Under the pieces are notes generated by a model, which was not told the DNA's origin, made no database searches, and saw only the letters and a list, made by a program, of their open reading frames with translations. From an uncultured Erysipelotrichaceae bacterium (lineage in GTDB: Bacteria; Bacillota_I; Bacilli_A; RFN20; CAG-826), in contig CAMVEL010000003.1 of assembly GCA_947166565.1 (NCBI GenBank), positions 15,277 through 79,276 on the forward strand: a stretch of DNA of 64,000 nt, in the 5' to 3' direction. This document shows positions 17,561 to 26,821 of this stretch, piece after piece; the first letter of the stretch is position 1, and each line of letters begins with the position of its first letter. The position numbers were made by a program, and so were the translations under genes.

Positions 17561-18094
17561 ATGAAAACGAAATTGCCTTTGTTCCTCATCGCCGCGGCTA
17601 TGTTAGCCTCCTGCGGCGGGAACACCCCAACCTCCGAGACTTCGGCCGATCCAGCTTCGGACACCTCCGTGGCCCCTCAAGGAGACGTCTACCTTGATTG
17701 GGTTGCCAAGAACAAGGTCGTCATCGAGCTCTTCAACGCCGGCGATGCCCGCTTCACCTATGGAAACGCCGCGTTAAGCCAAGCTAGCAACACGCTTGAC
17801 CTCAACGATTCCGCCGACCTTGCCTGCTCCTCCACCTTAACCGCGGATCAGGTCGTCAACTTCGTCTATGTCACCGAGACCGCGGATGGAACCGGCTTTG
17901 GTGGCGGTGCTGCCCTTGCCGCCGGTATCAAAGGCGATAGCATCTCCGAATTCCTTAACGATAACGATAACCTCAAGGGCAAAGTCAAAGGCTATGTCGC
18001 GATTAGCTTCGGCGAGACGGTCACTTGGACAAAGGGCAAGAACGCCGCGATGGACGCGAAGATCCAAGCTCTTGTTGACCTTGCGAAAAACTAA
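17561..18094 (+). CDS. lipoprotein, function unknown
   Basis: 177-aa ORF with AAGGAG upstream. The signal peptide ends in the lipobox LASC. A Ser/Thr/Asp-rich linker follows the Cys. Confidence 0.55.
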   Translation: MKTKLPLFLIAAAMLASCGGNTPTSETSADPASDTSVAPQGDVYLDWVAKNKVVIELFNAGDARFTYGNAALSQASNTLDLNDSADLACSSTLTADQVVNFVYVTETADGTGFGGGAALAAGIKGDSISEFLNDNDNLKGKVKGYVAISFGETVTWTKGKNAAMDAKIQALVDLAKN

Positions 18095-18108
18095 TCTGAA
18101 AACACAAA

Positions 18109-18142
18109 AGTCGCCTCAAATCAGTTCGAGGCGATTTTTTTC
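18109..18142. terminator. bidirectional rho-independent terminator between convergent genes
   Basis: The stem is TCGCCTC (18111-18117) / GAGGCGA (18128-18134). It is flanked by an A-run on the left and TTTTTTT on the right. Confidence 0.75.
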
Positions 18143-18155
18143 TTTGGCGGTTGGA

Positions 18156-20201
18156 TTATCCTTTGTAAACGATTTTCCTCTCCATCAACTCTTTGTAATT
18201 GTTGATATCCCACCATAGGCCTGGGGTAGTGATACTTTCCTCGACCTTATTTCCGTTAGCGGCCTCTATCGCCTGCTTGGCGGCTTGGTAGCCAAGCTCA
18301 TAGGAATCCTGGGCGATTGAGCCAAGGAGCAACGGTTTGTCGTTTTCCTCCATCCAGGAGATTTGGCCGTCCCCCGCGTCGAAACCGACGAAGGTGATGT
18401 CGCTATATTTGTTACGGGCGCCCGACTTGATCGCGTCATATATCTGAGTGATGACGGGTTCGCCGGTCATGAAGATGGCCTTCGCCCCTTCTTCTTTCAA
18501 ATAATCGAGGGCGTTCTTGTAGTTTTGGTTCGTGCTATCGGGTTTAGCCTGGAGCTCGACCTTTACTTCCTTATCCTTTGTTAAGGGGTCGCTTTTTGCG
18601 AGCTCATTGAATTTGTCGATGAAGCCATCGCTTCTTTCGAAGGCCGAGACGGTTTCGTCATGGGTGATGACGCCTACCACGTATTTATCGACCATCGCGA
18701 TATCGGTTTTAAGGGTGTCGAACAATCTGGTCGCGGCCAATTGGCCACAGCCATAATTGTCGTTTAAGACCGAGGAGACGATTGGGTTCATGTTGGAGGA
18801 AACAAGGCTCTCGTAATCGATTGGCCAAACGCCCGAATCGAATTGGACCACGGGGATATTGGCTTCCTTGGCCTGCTTCAACAAATCGGAGAAGCCTTCC
18901 CCGATGCAAGAGAGGGCGATGCCATCCACCCTATTGGAGATCGCACTTTGCAAGAGACTTCGTTCGACCGGAAGATTTTCGGGCGTTTCCGTTGGAGGTC
19001 CGCGGAAAAGCAATTTGTAGCCTCCTTCGTCGCAGGCTTTTTGGGCCCCCGCGGCCACGTTACGCCAGAAGGCATGGGTCTCCCCTTTGGAGATGACCGC
19101 GATCGTCTTCTGCTTGGAATTATGGAAGGCGATCGCGAAGGCCATGCCCACGCTCATCGCGACGACGAGGGTCGCGGAGATGATCCCGCTGACCAATATC
19201 TTCTTCTTCGGGATGATCTTGGAATCTTCCTTCTCCACTTTTTTCTTCTTCAAGGTATCGAAAAGGATGGATAAGACGACGATGACGCCGGTTAGGACAT
19301 AGGTGACGTAGGTCGAATTGAAATCGAGGTTAAGTTTAGGCAGGAGGAAATTGAGCCCGCTGCGGATAACGACGAGGAGGTAGGAGCCTAGCAATGTGCC
19401 GATGATGGATACGCTTCCGCCGATTGAGGAAGTCCCACCGATATAGGCCCCAGCTAGAGCCTCCAGTTCGATTCCGTTCCCGCTCGCGGCCACGATCGTC
19501 GCAAATGACGAGGAATAGAAAATACCCGCAAGTCCAGCAAACGTTCCGCATACCGCATAGGCGATGAATTTATATTTGGTGACGTCGATTCCTGATAGAC
19601 GGGTCGCTTCTTCGTTGCTTCCGATTGAAAGGATATAACGCCCGACCTTGGTCTTATGGATGACTACGATTGAGATGGCGGCGAAAACAATAAGCCAGAT
19701 TATCCCGATTGGGAAACCGTTTAGATTGGAGAAGGCCATGTTGAACCAGGTATTGGTTGGGAAGATGATATTGGGGATCGAGACGATGATCGCGCTTAAT
19801 CCGCGGATTGCCATGGAAACGCCTAAAGTCGCAATGAAGGAAGGGATCTTCAATTTGGCGACCAGAAAGCCGTTGAGGCATCCTATCAATAAACCGAGGA
19901 CGATCATGATGGGGATGACCAAGAACAAGGGCATGCCAAGTTGATGGAACCTTCCTGCAAGCAAAGCGGAAGCAATCATCGCGGCCCCAATCGAGAGATC
20001 GACTCCTCCCGTAGCGATGACGAAGCATACGCCTAAGGCCAAGATAGCATAAGGAACGTATGATTGGACCATCGACAAGACATTGAATCGGTCGATGAAA
20101 TTCGGATTGATAATGGCGAAAAGGAGGAAGAGGACGGCCAAAACCGTGAAGATCACGATGTTTTGCCTAAGCATCCTTATTAAGCGATCGCTTCTTTTCA
20201 T
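18156..20201 (-). CDS. sugar ABC transporter permease (RbsC/CUT2-like) fused C-terminally to a periplasmic-binding-protein (RbsB-like) domain
   Basis: The N-terminal ~330 aa are a polytopic permease (GSNEEATRLSGIDV... motif). One extra TM helix follows. The last ~300 aa (KTIAVISKGETHAFWRNVAAGAQKA...IPVVQFDSG) are a type-I sugar-binding fold. The start was set at ATG 20201, which overlaps the ATPase stop (ATGA). The track ORF extends to 20288. Confidence 0.8.
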   Translation of the reverse strand: MKRSDRLIRMLRQNIVIFTVLAVLFLLFAIINPNFIDRFNVLSMVQSYVPYAILALGVCFVIATGGVDLSIGAAMIASALLAGRFHQLGMPLFLVIPIMIVLGLLIGCLNGFLVAKLKIPSFIATLGVSMAIRGLSAIIVSIPNIIFPTNTWFNMAFSNLNGFPIGIIWLIVFAAISIVVIHKTKVGRYILSIGSNEEATRLSGIDVTKYKFIAYAVCGTFAGLAGIFYSSSFATIVAASGNGIELEALAGAYIGGTSSIGGSVSIIGTLLGSYLLVVIRSGLNFLLPKLNLDFNSTYVTYVLTGVIVVLSILFDTLKKKKVEKEDSKIIPKKKILVSGIISATLVVAMSVGMAFAIAFHNSKQKTIAVISKGETHAFWRNVAAGAQKACDEGGYKLLFRGPPTETPENLPVERSLLQSAISNRVDGIALSCIGEGFSDLLKQAKEANIPVVQFDSGVWPIDYESLVSSNMNPIVSSVLNDNYGCGQLAATRLFDTLKTDIAMVDKYVVGVITHDETVSAFERSDGFIDKFNELAKSDPLTKDKEVKVELQAKPDSTNQNYKNALDYLKEEGAKAIFMTGEPVITQIYDAIKSGARNKYSDITFVGFDAGDGQISWMEENDKPLLLGSIAQDSYELGYQAAKQAIEAANGNKVEESITTPGLWWDINNYKELMERKIVYKG

Positions 20202-21694
20202 TGTTTGGCCCTCCTTAATGCATATTCCATAATCTTTTCTTGGCTCGCTTCCCCTATATCGAGGATTTTGACGAGGCTTCCTTCGCACATGACCCCGACC
20301 CTATCCGCGAGGGAGAGAATTTCCTCGAGCTCAGATGAGATCAGGATGATGGATTTCCCTTTCATCGCGAGTTCCTTGATTTTGAGGTATATCTCCTGCT
20401 TGGCGAGGATATCGATGCCCTTGGTCGGTTCATCGAAGATAAAGATGTCCGCGTCCTTCATCAGCCATCTAGCGAGGATGCATTTTTGCTGATTGCCCCC
20501 TGAAAGGTTCCTTATCGGATCGTTGATGGAGGAATATTTAATCGATAATTCCTCCTGATACCTATTGACCTTCCCAATGGCTTTCCTATCGTCGACGAGG
20601 AAGAACTTGGTGTTGTCGTTTAAGGAGGAGATGGTCTCATTGGCGTAGATAGAATGCTCAAGCATCAAGCCGAATTGCTTACGGTCCTCCGAAAGATAGC
20701 AGATGCCATGGGCAATCGCCTCACTTGGATTCTTGATAATGGCTTTCTCCCCCTTGACCTCGATATCGAGGGCCTTGGCCTTATCCGCCCCGAAAAGGGC
20801 TTTGGCGAGTTCGGTCCTCCCGCTTCCCATAAGGCCTGCTAGACCGAATATCTCCCCTTTCCTTAAAGAAAAGGCAATATCATGGAGGAAGCTGGTTTCG
20901 ATCGCGTTGGCCTTCAAGGCGATAGGAGCATCTTCAAGGGTTTGCTCCTGTTCGTTACTTAAGGATTCGATTTCCTTCCCGACCATCATCTTGATAATGA
21001 GGTCACGGGTCGCTTCTTTTTTATCGAGGGTCCCAATCATAACGCCGTCGCGAAGAACGGAGATCTTATCGGAAAGGGCGAGTATCTCATCCATCTTATG
21101 GGAGATATAGACGATCGCGACGCCTTTTTGTTTAACCTTCTCAATCATCTTGAAAAGGTCGTTCACCTCCTTGAAGGAAAGGGCGGTCGTCGGTTCATCC
21201 AAAACCAAAACCGAGACGTTTTGGGAGATGTTCTTGATGATCTCCACCATCTGCATCTTGGCGACGCTTAATTCCTTGACGAGGGAAGAGGGGGAGATAT
21301 CGATTCCATATTCATCAAAGAGCTCAGCCGTTTTCCTAATCATCGCCGTATCGTCGATGAAGGGGCCCTTCCTTATTTCCCTGCCGATGAAGATATTCTG
21401 GGCGACGGTCAGATCGTTCATGAGGTAGAGTTCCTGATAAACCATCCTTATCCCTAGTTTTTGGGCGTCCGCGACGGTTTTGAATTCGACTTTCTCGCCA
21501 TTAAGGAAAATCTCCCCTTCGTCTTTTTGGTAGACCCCGCAGAGGATTTTCGTTAACGTCGATTTCCCAGCCCCATTCTCGCCAACCAAAGCATGGACTT
21601 CGCCCTCTGATAAGCTTAAGGAAACGTCGTTTAGGACCACGTTTTGATGAAAGCTTTTTTTGATATGTTCTAATCTAACGACTTCTTTGCTCAT
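20198..21694 (-). CDS. sugar ABC transporter ATP-binding protein with two ABC domains (RbsA/MglA-like)
   Basis: There are two Walker A / signature / Walker B sets (GENGAGKST ... LSVAKMQMV ... LVLDEPT; GLMGSGRTE ... LSGGNQQK ... FIFDEPT). The start was trimmed to ATG 21694 (MSKEVVRLEHIKKSF). Confidence 0.85.
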   Translation of the reverse strand: MSKEVVRLEHIKKSFHQNVVLNDVSLSLSEGEVHALVGENGAGKSTLTKILCGVYQKDEGEIFLNGEKVEFKTVADAQKLGIRMVYQELYLMNDLTVAQNIFIGREIRKGPFIDDTAMIRKTAELFDEYGIDISPSSLVKELSVAKMQMVEIIKNISQNVSVLVLDEPTTALSFKEVNDLFKMIEKVKQKGVAIVYISHKMDEILALSDKISVLRDGVMIGTLDKKEATRDLIIKMMVGKEIESLSNEQEQTLEDAPIALKANAIETSFLHDIAFSLRKGEIFGLAGLMGSGRTELAKALFGADKAKALDIEVKGEKAIIKNPSEAIAHGICYLSEDRKQFGLMLEHSIYANETISSLNDNTKFFLVDDRKAIGKVNRYQEELSIKYSSINDPIRNLSGGNQQKCILARWLMKDADIFIFDEPTKGIDILAKQEIYLKIKELAMKGKSIILISSELEEILSLADRVGVMCEGSLVKILDIGEASQEKIMEYALRRAKQ

Positions 21695-21797
21695 GTTTGG
21701 ATAAGGCTTTGAATAACTATAGACGCGCATGGGAAGGATAGGCAACCGAAAAAACCATATTATCCCTTCATCATAAAACCATATGGCATTCAATTAT

Positions 21798-22406
21798 TTA
21801 GGGCTTGTATCTAGTGAAACGGATGAACATGAAGATAGGCACGAGGCTCATCAAAATCCCGATTGCTAGAGGGGAATAGGTGCAGACCAAGTCTAGATTA
21901 GGCAGACTCGTATAGGCCTTAAGAATCCTAACGACGAATTCTTCGATCATCACGGCATCCGCCAAAGCGGAGACGAAGGTGATTTCCCTAATGCCTTTGA
22001 CGATTAGATCGCTTCTATCGAGGGCTCCCTTCAAATTGATGAGCGATAAGACGAACATCACCAAGATAAAAGCGATGAAAACAATCGCAACCCACCCCTC
22101 GAACCTGTTCTGATTGGTGATGTCTATCCCCCCGATTTTGAAAACTGAGAAAAGGAGGAAGGTCATCACGAATAAGGCGGTGAGGATAGCCATCGCCAAA
22201 TATCCTTTCCTCTTGCTGGCCCTGCTTTGATGCATGTTCTTAACGAAGAAGACTTTGCAGATAAAGATAAGCAGGGTCGGGATGGAGGCGATAATCAAAA
22301 CCAAGGAGGTAGCCAAAATGGCAATGGTCAGCTTATAGGAAAAACTTATGAGGGAGACTATGGCCCCAAATATGGCAATCCTTTTTGGCGTTAAAACCTT
22401 TCCCAT
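21798..22406 (-). CDS. integral membrane protein, function unknown
   Basis: ORF with about five predicted TM helices. The start was set at ATG 22406 because the track ORF begins at a TTG at 22430. No clear SD. Confidence 0.45.
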   Translation of the reverse strand: MGKVLTPKRIAIFGAIVSLISFSYKLTIAILATSLVLIIASIPTLLIFICKVFFVKNMHQSRASKRKGYLAMAILTALFVMTFLLFSVFKIGGIDITNQNRFEGWVAIVFIAFILVMFVLSLINLKGALDRSDLIVKGIREITFVSALADAVMIEEFVVRILKAYTSLPNLDLVCTYSPLAIGILMSLVPIFMFIRFTRYKP

Positions 22407-22447
22407 AACAAAATCTATTCTACATACCAAAGAAAAAAAGAGGTAGA

Positions 22448-22474
22448 GACGGCGTCATTGGAGCACGATGCGGG
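22448..22474 (+). repeat. cassette-boundary repeat, copy E
   Basis: An A-run is followed by the small hairpin GAC-ggc-GTC (22448-22456). The exact core TGGAGCACGATGCGGG is at 22459-22474. Confidence 0.7.
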
Positions 22475-22521
22475 TCGCCAACCGAGAATTTGTTCACTAT
22501 TTTTCCCAAATAAGGATAGAG

Positions 22522-23073
22522 TCAATCCTTCAAACCTATGAGCGCTTTATCGATCTCCGAATAGATGGCATCGTACTCCTCCATAGATACGATAACGGAC
22601 GGAATCCAAAAGGAGCGAAGGCTCTCCAACGCTTCGTCACCGCCGAACAGCGTTTTTGCTTTGAAGTATGCAACTTGGTTCGCATCGATTTCGTGTGGTT
22701 GGGAAAGGTATAGCCTCGTGAAGCGATCCTCTCCACCATCGAGGCGGCATGAAGTCCATTCACCATTGACCCTTTTCGAGCAATTCCCATCATAGGCGAT
22801 ATCGTAATCCAAGGCCTTGCGGATGGCGGGAGGGAAACGCTCGGGATGGGCAAACTGCTCCGCGTGCCGAAGTTCGTGGAAAAGATAGAAGGCCTTCTCA
22901 GAATCAGGGCATTCCTTAAGCAATGTGGCGTTCATGAAAACGGTATCCGTTTCCGGGTCGTACATGCCGTTTGCTTCCTCGTAACCCTCGGGCATGTCAA
23001 AAGATAGGCGACAGACAAGCCCTGCCTCCAGGCACGAAGAATCGAATAAGGCGCGATAATCAAAATCGGGCAT
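22522..23073 (-). CDS. HExxH-motif protein (putative zinc-metallopeptidase-like), family not recognised
   Basis: 183-aa ORF with AFYLFHELRHAEQ (HExxH). There is a 12-nt gap to the upstream ATPase gene, so the two are likely co-transcribed. Confidence 0.45.
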   Translation of the reverse strand: MPDFDYRALFDSSCLEAGLVCRLSFDMPEGYEEANGMYDPETDTVFMNATLLKECPDSEKAFYLFHELRHAEQFAHPERFPPAIRKALDYDIAYDGNCSKRVNGEWTSCRLDGGEDRFTRLYLSQPHEIDANQVAYFKAKTLFGGDEALESLRSFWIPSVIVSMEEYDAIYSEIDKALIGLKD

Positions 23074-23085
23074 TGCGTTTATCTC

Positions 23086-24459
23086 CTAGAGCAAATACGC
23101 CATGTAACAAGGAAGCGCGACGATTCCGTCGGGACGGACGAAGAGGTTCTTTGGGTGCAGGATGAAGGCTCCCCCGATCCTCGCCTTGAATTTAGCGACG
23201 AACCGCGTCAAGGAGACATTCGCGTAATTCTTCGAGGACTTCACCTCGATGGGGAAAATCTTGGGTCTTGTCTTGCTTCCGTTGGAAAGGATGAAGTCGA
23301 TCTCGATGTCGTTGCGCTTCTTCTCCTCGCTGTAATGGGTGTAGAAATAAAGCTTATGGCCGCTCGCGACGAGCATTTGGGCGATGGCGTTTTCGTAAAG
23401 CATGCCTTCATTGACGGACAGCTTTCCGGACAGGATGGAAGCGTATACTTCCTCCGCGATCAGCTCGTTTTCGTCAAAGGCATGGGAAACAAGCAGGCCC
23501 GTATCCCCCATATAGCATTTCACCGCCGCCCGGGATTCATTGAGGGACAGCCCGACATTGGGGTCCGAGCAGGCGAAGCACTCATTGCAGATCATGGAAT
23601 CCGCGAGCCAGAAAAAGGTCTCCTCGTATTCGGGGTAATTCGTGTCCGATTCAACGCTGCGAAGCCTCACCCTCTTCTCATGCATCGAGAGGAACGAGGG
23701 GATCTGATCGAATATGGAAAGGACCTTGGCTTTGTATTGGGCGTCGGTCTTCATGATGTCGTCGCGGTAATTCACGAGGATGTCCCTTTTCTCCGCGTCG
23801 CAATCGGCGAATTGTTTGCGGGCGAGCAGGAATTTGGATAGCGCCTTGGGCATGCCGCCGACCAGCATGTACTGCTTGAACAGCATCATGGCCCTTTCGT
23901 GAAGTCCGCGCTCCAACGGAATTCTCTTTTCAAAGCAATCCCGGATATAGGGAAGCAATTGTTCTTCCCCTAAGGCCCAAACAAATTCCTCAAAGTCCAT
24001 GGGGTACATCTTGATCTTCCTCTCCTCACTGGGGATCGTGATGCCCTGGACGTTTTGCTTGATGGAGATCAAAGAGCCCGTCTCGATGAAATCGTAACGT
24101 CCGTCCGCGACGAGGTATTTGATGGCCTCCCTGGCCTTTGGATAAGCCTGAACCTCGTCAAAGATGATGAGGCTTTCGCGCGGATAGAGCGTCTTCCCAT
24201 AGGCGGCGGAAAGCACCATGAAAAAGGTATCAAGCTTTTCTAGATTATCGCGGAAGTTATCGAACACGATGCTGCCTGCCTTGTTGAAATCGATGAGGAT
24301 GTAGGAACGGTAATGGGCTTTGGCGAATTCCTCGACCGCCGTGGATTTGCCAATACGCCTAGCCCCCTCGATGAGTAAGGCCTTCTCGCCTTTTGTTTCA
24401 TTCTTCCACTTGAGTAGCTTTTCGTTGATTTTTCTTTTGAAAATGATTTCCGGTTCCAT
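23086..24459 (-). CDS. AAA+ ATPase, divergent AAA_14/DUF4143-type (COG1373-like)
   Basis: Walker A is GARRIGKST and Walker B is LIIFDEVQ. The C-terminal IEIDFIL...PIEVKSS motif is consistent with a PD-(D/E)xK-like DUF4143 end. The start was trimmed to ATG 24459 (MEPEIIFKRK), which is preceded by TAAGGAGA. Confidence 0.8.
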   Translation of the reverse strand: MEPEIIFKRKINEKLLKWKNETKGEKALLIEGARRIGKSTAVEEFAKAHYRSYILIDFNKAGSIVFDNFRDNLEKLDTFFMVLSAAYGKTLYPRESLIIFDEVQAYPKAREAIKYLVADGRYDFIETGSLISIKQNVQGITIPSEERKIKMYPMDFEEFVWALGEEQLLPYIRDCFEKRIPLERGLHERAMMLFKQYMLVGGMPKALSKFLLARKQFADCDAEKRDILVNYRDDIMKTDAQYKAKVLSIFDQIPSFLSMHEKRVRLRSVESDTNYPEYEETFFWLADSMICNECFACSDPNVGLSLNESRAAVKCYMGDTGLLVSHAFDENELIAEEVYASILSGKLSVNEGMLYENAIAQMLVASGHKLYFYTHYSEEKKRNDIEIDFILSNGSKTRPKIFPIEVKSSKNYANVSLTRFVAKFKARIGGAFILHPKNLFVRPDGIVALPCYMAYLL

Positions 24460-24467
24460 GGGATTCT

Positions 24468-24552
24468 CCTTAAAACGCAAAGTAATAATAGTAAAATTCG
24501 TCTTAAAACGCAATGTATCTAATCATGATTATCTCCTTAAAACGCAAGGTAT
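24468..24552 (-). repeat. three direct copies of TTGCGTTTTAAG(GAGA) at 33-35 nt spacing in the ATPase leader
   Basis: The + strand shows CCTTAAAACGCAAAGTA (24468-24484), TCTTAAAACGCAATGTA (24501-24517) and CCTTAAAACGCAAGGTA (24536-24552). Copies 1 and 3 include an SD-like AAGGAGA. Copy 3 is followed by a 7-codon mini-ORF (MIRYIAF*). Confidence 0.6.
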
Positions 24553-24680
24553 CTGTTCCGCGACGAGCTACGATATCGTCACAACAAAAACAATCGGTGT
24601 TCGATTGTCAGGAAGCACGATTAGAAGCCCGTTTTGCTCGTTCTTTGAAACACAATCTTATCTCCAGAAAAAATGTCGAA

Positions 24681-24763
24681 TTTTTGTAACCCAAATGTAA
24701 CCCACAAAAATAAAAAACCTCGATGGCATCGATGGAATTAAGGCAACTGGATTGCGATGCGGG
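24681..24763 (+). repeat. cassette-boundary composite repeat, copy F
   Basis: The element reads TTTTTGTAACCC-AAAT-GTAACCCA, then an A-rich tract, then hairpin TCGAT-ggc-ATCGA and GAATTA. Core TGGATTGCGATGCGGG at 24748-24763. It is the same sub-family as copy B. A further core-like GGAAGCACGATT lies at 24611-24622. Confidence 0.75.
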
Positions 24764-24869
24764 AAGTTCTTATGCATTTAACGCCTATTTGTACGGTATT
24801 GCTGGTCATTTTTTAGAGTTTTTTGATTTTTTTTGACCTGTTATATTGCTTTTGCGAATTCTCCAAAAA

Positions 24870-26174
24870 TCATAACCCCAGAAGGAAATCCGCAATGCCC
24901 ACCACATAGGTTCCGTCTTGATTCCGGGTTTCGGGAATCGGGTCGCCAATCACAAGGACGTTTTTCGCTTCTCCGCGCACAAAATCAAATGGCCTGAGTT
25001 CTTTCTTCAGCACATTCGGATCGGTGACGCTTTGACAAATTTGAACGTAAAGAACTTCGTACCCTTTCCTCGCCACGAAATCGATTTCGTAATCCTTGCG
25101 CACGCTTTTCCCGTCTTTATCCTTCCCAACCGTTGGAACCATGCCGACGCTTACCTGGTACCCATTGTATAGAAGTTCGTTATAGACGGCGTTTTCCATC
25201 AGCTGTCCGATGTCGGGGAATCCGAAGTTCAGTCTTGCGTTTCTTAATCCGGTATCGGTGAAATAGTACTTTCGCCCCGCCCCGATCAAAGATCTGCCTT
25301 TCACGTCATAGCGGGAGGCTTCCGAAAGGAGGAAAGCGTCGACGAAGGAATCGATGTAACTCTCCACCGTCTTCGGATCCAGCGATGTTTTGCCTGCGCT
25401 GCGGAGAGTATTTGCGATTTTCTCAACGGTGATGATTTTCCCGACCAAAGAGGACAAGGCGTCGGCCAATTCATCCAGTGCCCAATCCTTTTGGAACCCA
25501 TGATGCTCCAAGATGTCTTTGAAATAAGTCGTTTGGTAGAGCCCTTTTAGATACTCTTCTTTTCCACTTCGTTGTTTTAGGACCGCCAAAGGCATCCCTC
25601 CGTGGAGGAGATATTCGTAAAGAGCCTCCGACTTGGCCCCGCCGACATGGGCGTAGTACTCGGAAAACGAAAGTGGCGCCACGTGGATCTGGGTCGCCTT
25701 GTCGCGGAACTGGGTGACGATGTCACTGGAGAGCATGCGGGAATTGCTTCCCGTCACGTAAAGATCGATGTTTGCGACCGAGGCAAGTCCCATGACCACG
25801 TCGACGAAGGAAATCGTCTGGGGGTCCCCCTTCTTGGCTAGGACGATCTGTCCACCGGTCAGTTCGGGGTTGACGATTTCAAAGACTCGCTGGATCTCAT
25901 CTAGGACAACATAAAGAGTGTCTTGCATCCCTTTTGCCTTTTCTCTGACAAAGGTACTGAGGGTTAAGGGGTTGCGCAGATTCGCGTTGGCGTCGTCGTC
26001 TAGTTCGACAAGAAGGAATTGTTCTTTTTTCACGCCCAAAGAGATTAAATGGCTTTTAAAGATCTCCTTAAGCAAATAGGATTTGCCGCAGCGACGAATG
26101 CCGGTAACGATCTTCGGGAATCCATTTCCCATGCCCATTATTAATTGACCTAAATACTTATCGCGGGGAATCAT
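24870..26174 (-). CDS. AAA+ ATPase of the AAA_14/DUF4143 type, duplicate copy 2
   Basis: 434-aa ORF identical to 6969-8273 except for one residue (IADFLLGL vs ITDFLLGL). Confidence 0.85.
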   Translation of the reverse strand: MIPRDKYLGQLIMGMGNGFPKIVTGIRRCGKSYLLKEIFKSHLISLGVKKEQFLLVELDDDANANLRNPLTLSTFVREKAKGMQDTLYVVLDEIQRVFEIVNPELTGGQIVLAKKGDPQTISFVDVVMGLASVANIDLYVTGSNSRMLSSDIVTQFRDKATQIHVAPLSFSEYYAHVGGAKSEALYEYLLHGGMPLAVLKQRSGKEEYLKGLYQTTYFKDILEHHGFQKDWALDELADALSSLVGKIITVEKIANTLRSAGKTSLDPKTVESYIDSFVDAFLLSEASRYDVKGRSLIGAGRKYYFTDTGLRNARLNFGFPDIGQLMENAVYNELLYNGYQVSVGMVPTVGKDKDGKSVRKDYEIDFVARKGYEVLYVQICQSVTDPNVLKKELRPFDFVRGEAKNVLVIGDPIPETRNQDGTYVVGIADFLLGL

Positions 26175-26246
26175 AACTTTCTCCTTTTTTGTAGAATTCT
26201 ACATTTTTCAGGAAAATTATAATACCGTCTCCACGCTAGCGCAACG
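24916..26246. repeat. 1.33-kb near-identical duplicated segment (partner 7015-8345)
   Basis: See the partner entry. The ~150 bp to the left (24764-24915 vs 6864-7014) are homologous but visibly diverged, with many substitutions and indels. Confidence 0.85.
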
Positions 26247-26315
26247 CAGCGCATCACTTGTTTTATAAGTGTTCTTTTTTTAATTGCTTTATTGCAATTA
26301 AATGGCAATTTTTAG

Positions 26316-26434
26316 ATAGTGCTCTACAAGAAAAAGTTCGAAATTCGTGCGGTAATCGTGCGGTGAATAAACGTATCTATGAAAAAAGTCCCGACGGCGC
26401 CGAGACAATTTCCTTTGGTGGAACACGATGCGTG
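26316..26434 (+). repeat. cassette-boundary composite repeat, copy G (sub-family G/J/K/L)
   Basis: Inverse core ATAGTGCTCTA at 26316-26326. It is followed by CGTGCGG-TAAT-CGTGCGG, then hairpin GTCCCGACGGCGCCGAGAC and AATTT. Variant core TGGAACACGATGCGTG at 26419-26434. Confidence 0.75.
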
Positions 26435-26628
26435 TACAAGGTCAAACGTTTTTGCTCATTGAACACATTTATAAAAGAGCGGTTTTTTTGCATTTTTTAA
26501 TTTTCCGCTCACTTATGAACATTTTCTTTTTGCATTATGGGTAGTGTGAGTGCGAAAGTGGCGTCCGCAAAAGAATCGGTTCAATGCCGTGGGAAATCCC
26601 TCGGGGTTCCTTGATTCAAATCGCGATA

Positions 26629-26786
26629 ATCGTCGCGTTCCGACACGCTTTAAAAGAGGAATGATGATTCCTGAAGATTTTCGTCCACCATAAAAAGCGC
26701 GAAATATAAGTGGGCGATTAATGGGCCGGGTTTTTGAAAAAGTTCGACCGTATCGGATAAATTTTGGTCATGGTTCACGATGCGGG
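26629..26786 (+). repeat. cassette-boundary composite repeat, copy H (sub-family H/I)
   Basis: Inverse-core-like ATCG(TCG)CGTTCC at 26629-26641. It is followed by TGGGCGA-TTAA-TGGGCCG, then TTTTTGAAAAAGT and CGACCGTATCGG, then AAATTTT. Core TGGTTCACGATGCGGG at 26771-26786. About 110 nt align with copy I. Confidence 0.7.
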
Positions 26787-26821
26787 TACAAGGTCAGCCG
26801 AAATATGCGCTCACCGGTAAA

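Noticed and set aside
18156-20288. The track shows N-terminal extensions of ORFs: 20288, 21793, 24513, 29601, 34629, 41284, 51895, 58349, 11616 and 14602.
   Set aside because: In each case an internal ATG with an SD, a start-stop overlap or a signal-peptide/lipobox start gives a better model. The extensions run across upstream genes, terminators, or the htpG promoter and CIRCE operator.
26771-26786. The variant core TGGTTCACGATGCGGG resembles a parS half-site (GTTTCACG).
   Set aside because: Only one half-site is present, with no palindromic partner. Most copies read GGAGCACG instead.
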